Source: Promethearchaeota archaeon
GTDB taxonomy: Archaea > Asgardarchaeota > Heimdallarchaeia > Hodarchaeales > Hodarchaeaceae
Direction: 5' to 3'
Assembly: GCA_048938105.1 (NCBI GenBank)
Contig: JBHLMN010000005.1
Location: forward strand, 55,218 to 119,217
DNA: 64,000 nucleotides
The notes under the pieces were generated by a model. That model did no database searches, had not been told where the DNA came from, and was given only the letters and a program-made list of their open reading frames with translations. Position numbers and translations under genes: made by a program. Positions 10,489 through 18,267 of the stretch are shown here, piece after piece (position 1 is the stretch's first letter; the number at the start of each line of letters is the position of its first letter).

Positions 10489-11421
10489 TTACTTTTTTCG
10501 CAGAATTGGTAGTGTCATACAATGGGGTCCTCCACCACCTCGTGATAACTCTCCTCCTTGGATGGGTAAGACCTCAACACTCCTTTCTTGTAACTCTCTG
10601 ATTATACGCTCATTCCACTCGTAAATGACGCATTTTCTTCGATTAAGGCAGACGACATTAGCTCCAAACAGGTATAATTCATTATCAGAAATAGAAATCC
10701 CCTCTGCAGCATTATAATTCTCTCTGATGAAATCCATTAATGGTAAAAATTCTATTGGTTCATCTTTATGCAGTACTCTTACTGGAAAAGTCTCTATAGA
10801 AGCAGGATGATATAAAAAAAGATCTTTGTCGATAAACATTAAGCCTCCATCTAAATGAACTCGCCATGAAGGTAATGGAATGATTACTATTTTGTCTACA
10901 ATTTTTTTGTCTAAAACTAATCTGGTTATTTGTGAAACTCCTTCCTCATTTGTACGAATTCCGTTGGAACCAATTAGTAAGGTCTGTTCATCTGGATACA
11001 CAAAATCACCTCCTTCCAACAACCCAGGCGCATTAATGGATACGAATTGAGGTATTCCGAGCTTTTTTAACGATCGTGCTACAAGAGTTGGCTCTGGTTT
11101 TCTTACCTGATGGGCCATACGCATCTGGATAAAACCTGCGTTGGTAATTGCACCTGTATCGCGAGTATAAACCATGTTTGGATCAATAATTGAAAAATCT
11201 TGCTCCTCTAAGAGGTTATTGAGTAGAACCACATCCACATTTTCTTGTTGTAAAAGATCACAGAAAGCATCATGTTCTTGTTGGAATCGTCGCCAGTAAA
11301 CTACGTCTCTAAAAGTCAGTTCTTGATAAGAGTCTTTTGTAACTTGGTTAACTTCAGTACCAGGACGAAACATTAGGACTTTCCGTAAAGGATAGTATTC
11401 ACAAGTTGCACCGAATTCCAA
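10489..11421 (-). CDS. Arginine deiminase / amidinotransferase family enzyme
   Basis: YTRD, LEGGD, HLD and GGGGPHCMTLP (catalytic Cys). Confidence 0.88.
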   Translation of the reverse strand: MEFGATCEYYPLRKVLMFRPGTEVNQVTKDSYQELTFRDVVYWRRFQQEHDAFCDLLQQENVDVVLLNNLLEEQDFSIIDPNMVYTRDTGAITNAGFIQMRMAHQVRKPEPTLVARSLKKLGIPQFVSINAPGLLEGGDFVYPDEQTLLIGSNGIRTNEEGVSQITRLVLDKKIVDKIVIIPLPSWRVHLDGGLMFIDKDLFLYHPASIETFPVRVLHKDEPIEFLPLMDFIRENYNAAEGISISDNELYLFGANVVCLNRRKCVIYEWNERIIRELQERSVEVLPIQGGELSRGGGGPHCMTLPILRKK

Positions 11422-11594
11422 CGAATCACCACATTCAGTACACAGTTAAATATGCAGAAATATTATAAGCTAAATAGTTCTTCGTGAAATTTTTTATGCT
11501 ATTCTGAGACCATTTGGTACTTTTCGGTCAGGTTGAAGTAGAACAACTTCCTCATTATTTTTCCATTAAAACTCTCAAGATCAAGACTTCAGAC

Positions 11595-11760
11595 GTCAAT
11601 TACCACTGAATGAATGCATTCAGTGGTTTGTAGCTAGAACAGTCCCACGAATCAACGAGGAAATTACTATGGTCATGGGAAGGACCGCTACATTAGGACT
11701 ATTGACAGAAGCCCTCCTGATCTCGGACATGCCAAAATCAGATAGGTTACGGGCAGCATT
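11595..11760 (-). ncRNA. Predicted omegaRNA (reRNA) scaffold overlapping the tnpB 3' end; guide from the flank GTCTGAAGTCTTGATC...
   Basis: Established TnpB architecture plus the perfect 11-bp hairpin ACCACTGAATG-CATT-CATTCAGTGGT before TTGAC. The 5' boundary is approximate. Confidence 0.65.
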
Positions 11761-12807
11761 AAGGTCAGCATTCAATTGGAAAGAACAGTTACTACAAACA
11801 AAGGACGATTGAAAACGACGATTATTAGCAGAAATAGAACCACAACACGAACACCTCTGCGAAGTATAACGAGGATTGACAAATAAAACTGTCTTCCCAA
11901 CCTTTTCAGCACGTTCAATGATAAATTGTTCGAGTTGGTAATAAGCCCAATTACCAAATTTCCGACGAAGTTTTTTTGAGGTTCTTTTCCCCTTTTTGCT
12001 ATCTTGTTTTAACCCACGAATGTTTTCTAATACAATACAATTATTAGGCATATTACAGATCCATTTAGCTAGCTTACGATTTTCATCAGTCATAAACCGT
12101 CTCTCTCGACCACTCACCAACCGTAATTTACGCTTGGCGGATCGAGTGCCTTTGGACTGAAGGTGTTTTCGTAATTGTTGATACTTCCACTTCACAGCTA
12201 GGATATGATTAGTGGGATAGAATGTATTATTGGAACAAACGGCTATCCGTTTAATACCCCGGTCTACTCCTAGAAAGGAAGAAGGTTCTTTCACAGGAAT
12301 ATCTGGCAACTCCATTCTTAAATACGCAATGATTTTCCTCCTTCTTTTGTTATAATAGAGTGTTAGTGAAGTGATCCGCCCAATAACAAGGTGCTGTTGG
12401 AAATATTTAGGGATTACTAACGGATAGTGTTTTCGACCTGCGATTGTACTTAGAGAAATCACCCCTGTTTCTAAGAAGGGGGTAAACGTACGTTGATTAT
12501 AACGGATCCCACTTAACAGCTTTTTAATAGGTCGCCTATAGTTGAATTTTTCCCGTTTAAGCATGTCAGCGGCCATATCGCGAGCGCACTGGACAAGTGA
12601 TGACTGTAAACAAGGATATCTTTTACGAAGATCCTTATACGTTTCAAAGTGGAGAGTATATTTGTTGAAAGTATTTTTTGACCATCCACTATCAATAACA
12701 TACTGAACTGCTTTGTTATAAGTTTTTATCGTCTCTAACAGCTCATTATCAGCAGGTAGCGGACACTGGATAGTTCGCTGCATGACAACTGGATTGGGGT
12801 TCACCAA
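11620..12807 (-). CDS. tnpB: RNA-guided endonuclease TnpB (Cas12f-like clade)
   Basis: RuvC-I GVDRG, RuvC-II VLENI, Zn finger CSCC...CSNC and RuvC-III NADLNAARN. Likely start is ATG 12783. Confidence 0.95.
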   Translation of the reverse strand: MVNPNPVVMQRTIQCPLPADNELLETIKTYNKAVQYVIDSGWSKNTFNKYTLHFETYKDLRKRYPCLQSSLVQCARDMAADMLKREKFNYRRPIKKLLSGIRYNQRTFTPFLETGVISLSTIAGRKHYPLVIPKYFQQHLVIGRITSLTLYYNKRRRKIIAYLRMELPDIPVKEPSSFLGVDRGIKRIAVCSNNTFYPTNHILAVKWKYQQLRKHLQSKGTRSAKRKLRLVSGRERRFMTDENRKLAKWICNMPNNCIVLENIRGLKQDSKKGKRTSKKLRRKFGNWAYYQLEQFIIERAEKVGKTVLFVNPRYTSQRCSCCGSISANNRRFQSSFVCSNCSFQLNADLNAARNLSDFGMSEIRRASVNSPNVAVLPMTIVISSLIRGTVLATNH

Positions 12808-13261
12808 CTATTTAAGCTTAAATGAGAGTAATATCAAAGTATTTTTGCTTTATAACAGGGTGTATAGGTATTTAACATTTGTGTTATTTGTAATATTCTA
12901 TATCATTGTATGTGATGGTGTAATAGTACAAATAATCTTTTTTTCTTTCCCCAATTCATCCGCTGAACGAATTCACATGTTTCCTTGGGAGTCCTACATG
13001 AAATCCGCAATTTGCTTTGGGGGGAAATTAACAACGGCAATAACTTGTCGATTAATGAGATCATTTTTCGTATATAATTGTGTGATTTGAGCGGACGATT
13101 TTTTTATACCTAGAGATCCAAAATCAATCTTTAACTTATAAGATGCCTTTCTTGCGCTTGGGAAGTCAGTAATTTCAATGATTGTACCAACTCGCATATC
13201 AACTTTCTCAAAATCATGCCAATTTATCAAAACAATGCACTCCTAATTCAATCCAATGTAC

Positions 13262-14131
13262 TTAAGTAGATTGATTTTCAATAATTTTTAGGATTATCTG
13301 TAACAGTTTGAATCCAACATGAAGAGTTTTATTAGCGATATCTTTCTCTGGATTATAAGCGGTGAGAGCTGCGGCCTTAATCTGAAAATTTTCACCAATT
13401 AGCTTAAGAGCTATCTCCATTTCATCTAGAAGGAGTCCTTCAGATGCAGGAAAGTCAACACCTGGAGCTACAGAAGGATCAATCACATCAATATCAATAT
13501 GGAGATACACATCTTGAGTTTGCGACCGAAGGTCAAGTAACTTAGGTAGAAGGCCATCTTGTATTCCTTTTTCCTTTAATGTTACATTCTCAACCACTAG
13601 AACCTCGGTACTTTCAAGAAGTTCACGTTCTTCAGGATCAAGGTCGCGTGCTCCAACATGCAGAGTCCAAGATTCTTGAATAGGGCGCATATTTTCAATT
13701 ATATTACTTATGTCTTGAAAACATTGACCTGTGGCAATTGCTAACCCCATACCGTCAAGAAATCCACTAGGAGTTGTTTTTGGAGTATTAAAATCACCAT
13801 GAGCATCAAACCAGATTATTCCTGGTTTCGGTTCATCAAATCCTGCAAGGGTGCCCAAACAGGTGTTACAATTTCCTCCAAGAATGAAGGGAAAAAAGCC
13901 ATCAATTAATACCTTTTTAACAACCTTTCCTAGAGAATTATTTAAAAAAGCAATCGTTTTCAATTCATCTTTATCTTCTTTTAGAAGTTGTATCTTCTCA
14001 ATTTTTACCTGATAACCTAGGTCTCTTAAATTCTGATCAATTCCTGCGTCTAAATAGTGGATTGGTCCCATTCCCATACCAACATTCTCCTTACCCAAGT
14101 GAAATGGAACGTAAATGAGAGCGATCTTCAA
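13262..14131 (-). CDS. Arginase/ureohydrolase family protein
   Basis: GGNC (for GGDH), DAHGDFN, SGFLDGM and HIDIDVIDP. Confidence 0.9.
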   Translation of the reverse strand: MKIALIYVPFHLGKENVGMGMGPIHYLDAGIDQNLRDLGYQVKIEKIQLLKEDKDELKTIAFLNNSLGKVVKKVLIDGFFPFILGGNCNTCLGTLAGFDEPKPGIIWFDAHGDFNTPKTTPSGFLDGMGLAIATGQCFQDISNIIENMRPIQESWTLHVGARDLDPEERELLESTEVLVVENVTLKEKGIQDGLLPKLLDLRSQTQDVYLHIDIDVIDPSVAPGVDFPASEGLLLDEMEIALKLIGENFQIKAAALTAYNPEKDIANKTLHVGFKLLQIILKIIENQST

Positions 14132-14173
14132 AACTTTGTTACCTCCAATTTTAGTAAAAGCGTATCTATATCA

Positions 14174-15259
14174 CTAAGGTTTTATAATAGCTTTCATGAC
14201 TCGGAGATGCTCAACGTCGTCTAAAGCTTTTGCAGCTTCGTCTAATGAGTACTCATGACTAATTATGTTTTTAAAAGGGTAAGTAGTTGAATATCGCTTA
14301 ATTAAATTAACAGCTAAATAAAAGTGGCTTAAATCACTACCCCAAGATCCTTTTATTGTCAAATGTTTCTTATTAATATCCAAATGTGGATTGATCTTCA
14401 CATCCCCTGCATTTGTGTATTGACCAACTATAGTATAAGTTCCCCCATCCCTAGTCATTTCCAACCCTTCTTTAACTGCAGTAGGAACCCCTGTAGCTTC
14501 AATAGTAACATCAGCCCCCCGATTGTGTGTGTGGTTTAGCACTTGCTGGACTCTCGCTTGAGGATCCACATCCATGATGTTAATCGTTGTGTCAATCCCA
14601 AAATAATTCGCAATCTTCAAACGATGATCAGGACCTCCAATTAAGAAAACTTGAAATGCTCCACTTAATTTCGCTAATAATGCTGCCATTAAACCAACTG
14701 GTCCTGATCCTTGTATAGCAACAGTATCACCGAGATTGATATCAGACCGTTGGATCGCGTGAATTGCAGTGGGTAAACCACATCCAGCTGCCATAAATGT
14801 TTTCATAAAAGCGTTATATGGAAGCTTGATAATCTTGACTCCAGGTTTTAGATAAATAAATTCAGACCACCCGCCTAGTAGCCCTTCTTTTGCTGAATAT
14901 GTTATTCCATATACCTTTCTTTTAGGACAACGAGTACTCGTCTTTGCAACAAGACAATACCAGCAATTATTACATGTTTCATGTACATCCAGAAATGTTA
15001 CTGGATCACCCTCTTGGAGATGTACTCCATCAATATCCCAAACATCACCATTTATTTCTTCAATAATTCCAGTAGAGACATGTCCTGGGATAATCGGATA
15101 AGGAACCCCAGCTAGATGGCCTTTCTGAAGATGTACATCTGTCCCGCATACCTCAGAGTAAGCTGTTTTTACTAATACGGCTCCTGGTTCCAAACTTGGA
15201 TATGGTTGTTCCTGTAATTCAATTGTTCCGTCTTTTTTCATTATGACCGCTTTTACCAT
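14174..15259 (-). CDS. Zinc-dependent alcohol dehydrogenase (MDR family)
   Basis: CGTDVH, GHV, structural Zn C-x2-C-x2-C-x8-C and GSGPVG. Confidence 0.9.
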   Translation of the reverse strand: MVKAVIMKKDGTIELQEQPYPSLEPGAVLVKTAYSEVCGTDVHLQKGHLAGVPYPIIPGHVSTGIIEEINGDVWDIDGVHLQEGDPVTFLDVHETCNNCWYCLVAKTSTRCPKRKVYGITYSAKEGLLGGWSEFIYLKPGVKIIKLPYNAFMKTFMAAGCGLPTAIHAIQRSDINLGDTVAIQGSGPVGLMAALLAKLSGAFQVFLIGGPDHRLKIANYFGIDTTINIMDVDPQARVQQVLNHTHNRGADVTIEATGVPTAVKEGLEMTRDGGTYTIVGQYTNAGDVKINPHLDINKKHLTIKGSWGSDLSHFYLAVNLIKRYSTTYPFKNIISHEYSLDEAAKALDDVEHLRVMKAIIKP

Positions 15260-15310
15260 TGATTGTCCACCTGAAAAGACTGTTGGCTGAAAATCCTTTT
15301 AAACGTATTC

Positions 15311-16783
15311 TCATCTCGTTTTGGATGTAGTTTTATCTAATTTTCCATCTGAGCTTCTAAAGTAAGAAATTACAGCACCTAATAGTGCAAATAAGGAAAA
15401 AATAAAGAAAGTTTGGGCTAAACTAGTGTAATAACTCGAAATAAACATTATTCCTGAAGAAATATTATTTGGATTGTTTATCAAGAAGAATAAAGTAAAC
15501 AACGATGAACTGATAGTAGTCCCTAAAGCAAAACCGATATTTCGCGATAGACCAATGAGACCAGTAACAACACTAACATCGCCTTTAGGGGCTACATTCA
15601 TAACAGAAGTTCCATTTGAAACAGTAAATGTAGTTAAAGATCCTGCAGTGAATGCTATTAGCGGTACAAGAATAAAAATAATTTCTTGTGAATTATGAGG
15701 GAATATATTGAACAGAACGGCTAAAGTCAATACAAAAAAACTTAATAAGATCGCTCCAAAGGAAGTTGATCGTTTCGCATCAATTTTTTCAGCAAAAAAA
15801 CCTGCGAATGGTCCCATGACTGCCATTGCAAGAGGAGGGGCGACCATTAGAATCCCTGTTTGATCTGGTTCAAATAATAAAACCTCCTGGTAATAGAATG
15901 GTATGAGGAAAACAACACTGTAATAGACCATATAACACAAAAAAGAAGAAATAATGCCAGTTAAAATTGTTTTATCCTGTAAAATGCCAATAGAAATCAT
16001 TGGTGTTGAGTGATTACTCTCTATATAAATGAAAATAAGCCCACAAACCAAAGCAATCGCAATGAGGATTCCACCAATGAGTTCCCCTTCAAATAATGTT
16101 AAAATTCCTTGAACAAGAGAAAAAGCAGTGATAATAAAAGTAACCATTCCCCCATAATCGAGTTTATATCGTTTTTCTAAGGTTTCTGGGATGGATAGTT
16201 GAACAAGCAATATTCCAACTAATCCGATTGGTATATTTATGAGAAAAATGCTGGGCCAACCAACGTATTTTGTTAAAAAACCTCCTAAAGCGGGCCCCGT
16301 GGAAAGTGCGGATGCAACAACTAACGAATTTACCCCAATAGCACGGCCCCTTACAGATGGGTCAACATATGTTATTACTAATGCTAATCCATTAGCCATA
16401 AGGCCAGCAGCTCCAATTGCCTGAAGGGCCCGAGAAAGAACCAATATCTCCAAGGTGGGAGAAAAAGCACAAAAGAGAGATCCTAATATAAATAATAACA
16501 TTCCAAGTTGGAAGGTCTTCTTTCTGCCATAATTATCTCCTAAAGATCCCCCAATTCCAATTAAAGATGATACCATAAGAAGATAAATAATTGCAATCCA
16601 TCTAACTCCTTCCATATTAGTATTTAGTGTATTTGCTATTGTAAATAACGAAATATTGACAATACTTCCATCCATTGCTGACATAAATGTTCCGATTGAC
16701 GTAATAGGGAGAATCATTCTTAATGGAATTATAATAGGGCTTGATGGAGGTATAGTAGAGCCTTTATTGATGCCCTCATCCAT
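15311..16783 (-). CDS. MFS transporter, DHA2 (14-TM) type
   Basis: DGSIVNI, GSLGDNYGRKK and WPSIFLINIPIG. Confidence 0.9.
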   Translation of the reverse strand: MDEGINKGSTIPPSSPIIIPLRMILPITSIGTFMSAMDGSIVNISLFTIANTLNTNMEGVRWIAIIYLLMVSSLIGIGGSLGDNYGRKKTFQLGMLLFILGSLFCAFSPTLEILVLSRALQAIGAAGLMANGLALVITYVDPSVRGRAIGVNSLVVASALSTGPALGGFLTKYVGWPSIFLINIPIGLVGILLVQLSIPETLEKRYKLDYGGMVTFIITAFSLVQGILTLFEGELIGGILIAIALVCGLIFIYIESNHSTPMISIGILQDKTILTGIISSFLCYMVYYSVVFLIPFYYQEVLLFEPDQTGILMVAPPLAMAVMGPFAGFFAEKIDAKRSTSFGAILLSFFVLTLAVLFNIFPHNSQEIIFILVPLIAFTAGSLTTFTVSNGTSVMNVAPKGDVSVVTGLIGLSRNIGFALGTTISSSLFTLFFLINNPNNISSGIMFISSYYTSLAQTFFIFSLFALLGAVISYFRSSDGKLDKTTSKTR

Positions 16784-16861
16784 TTTATCATGAATCTCCT
16801 AGCCAAAGGTGGTGGAATAGAAAAAATAATTTGCATCAATTAAATTCTTTGTTGCGTTTAA

Positions 16862-16904
16862 CTTAACTTCATCAGAAGTCCCCTTCCTTCAGGTGGGGGA
16901 TGAA
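16862..16904 (+). mobile_element. Orphan IS200/IS605 left end (TTTAA target, AAGT guide, GC hairpin)
   Basis: TTTAA|CTTAACTTCATCAG-AAGT-CCCCTTCCTTCAGGTGGGGG-ATGAA has the same layout as the left end of the csaA element. Confidence 0.6.
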
Positions 16905-17116
16905 GGGTGAGACAAAAATGATCTCAAAGACAGAAAAGATGGGAGGGAAAGAATAATCAACTCAGAAAGGGTGAAAGGGGAAATAATTGTGGATTAAGTT
17001 AGAAAAAGTGGTTCAGAAGACTTATCTAAAGGAATGGACGCATTATATCTCAGGTTGGTGGCATGGTAACACTCACATGGAAGTTCGTAGTCATTCCTAC
17101 CTATCAACAGGAATCA

Positions 17117-18076
17117 TTATCCTCGGTTCACTAAAGTTATCCCAGTAATGATTAGTAAAATCGATGAAATATGAATAAGTGGGTCAAAAATTTCTCCTAA
17201 GAGGATAATAGAAAGACCAACCCCAAAAATTGGCACTAAGTTTTGAAAAATTGCGGCACGACTTGCGGATAATCTCTTAACTCCCTCAAGATAAAACCAA
17301 TACCCTAAAATTGTAGATATATATGCTAGGTATGCCACTCCGAACCAAACTCTTTCAGGAACTTGAAAATAGAGGATTGGGTTAATATACTCAGGATTTA
17401 TAATTAACGACACAGGAATGGTAGTTAAAAATCCGAAAAACGATACCCATGTAATGATATACAATGAAGAGGGCTGGAAGGAATCATTTTCACATTCATT
17501 CAAGAAAAACCGGGAAGTAACAATGTATACTGCATAGAAAATTGCACCAAGAAAAATCAGAATATCACCCAAAATTCGATCAGGGACATCGACATTAGGA
17601 GAGAAGCCAAAAATCAATAATATTCCTGAAAAAGATAATAATGTTCCAAAAATTCTCATTTTGTTCAATTCTTCCATTTTTAATATCAAACTTGCTAAAA
17701 TCAAAACGATCATCGGATGACTGCTTACAATGACAACAGCATCACTAGCAGAGGTGAAATACTCGCCTATTAAGTAACCTGCTTGATAAATGGTGACAGA
17801 AGTTAATCCCATAAAGGCAAAGATTTTCCAATGATTCTTCATAAAACTAATGTTTAAGTTCCCCTCTCTAATCTTGAGTATGAGAAAAAAACAAGGAATC
17901 ACAAGTGAATATCGGAGACTGGCTATAATCATTGGGGGAATTGTTTCTCCACCCACTTCGGGGGATACCAACCAGCGACCTAATGGCCATGTGAAGGCCC
18001 AAATGAGAGCTGTTGCAAGTAGCAAAAGATATGCCACTATTTCATACTTTCTTTCTATAGTGATCTCCACAAACAA
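17117..18076 (-). CDS. DMT/EamA family transporter
   Basis: About 10 TM in two EamA repeats; GVKRLSASRAAIFQNLVPIFG. Confidence 0.9.
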   Translation of the reverse strand: MFVEITIERKYEIVAYLLLLATALIWAFTWPLGRWLVSPEVGGETIPPMIIASLRYSLVIPCFFLILKIREGNLNISFMKNHWKIFAFMGLTSVTIYQAGYLIGEYFTSASDAVVIVSSHPMIVLILASLILKMEELNKMRIFGTLLSFSGILLIFGFSPNVDVPDRILGDILIFLGAIFYAVYIVTSRFFLNECENDSFQPSSLYIITWVSFFGFLTTIPVSLIINPEYINPILYFQVPERVWFGVAYLAYISTILGYWFYLEGVKRLSASRAAIFQNLVPIFGVGLSIILLGEIFDPLIHISSILLIITGITLVNRG

Positions 18077-18267
18077 TCCTCATTTTTCGATAAAATACTA
18101 TTTTTTGCCTAATAGATTAATATGTCTAAGTTTTTCTACATAATTCTAACAGTTGTAATACAAGTTCAAGTAGATGGGCTGCTTATAAGTTAAGTGTAGG
18201 TAAGAAACTAGCGAAAACCAACTTATAAGGGTAATTTAACAGCCAAAAAGGTTCTTCTGAGTCGTTC

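Larger units (their letters stand above)
11595..12997 (-). mobile_element. Non-autonomous IS200/IS605-family (IS1341-like, tnpB-only) element
   Basis: Bounded by the two csaA halves. Preceded by TTCAT and ends ...GGTAATTGAC. Right-end hairpin at 11602-11627; no tnpA. Confidence 0.9.
11494..13230 (-). pseudogene. csaA: CsaA-type tRNA-binding/chaperone gene split by a TnpB element. 5' part 13230-12998; 3' part 11594-11494 with an extra +1 A.
   Basis: The 5' part ends ...VNFPPKQIADFM. The 3' part reads SEVLILRVLME(frameshift)NNEEVVLLQPDRKVPNGLRIA*. Joining them restores FMSEVL. Confidence 0.9.

Noticed and set aside
11595-12997. IStron (self-splicing intron-IS) that would keep csaA functional
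   Set aside because: Only about 190-210 nt of AT-rich sequence lie between the left end and tnpB, with no group I core visible, and the csaA 3' half carries its own frameshift.
18182-18229. 10-bp inverted repeat CTTATAAGTT...AACTTATAAG
   Set aside because: AT-rich and built on a self-palindromic core, with no second copy or associated element.
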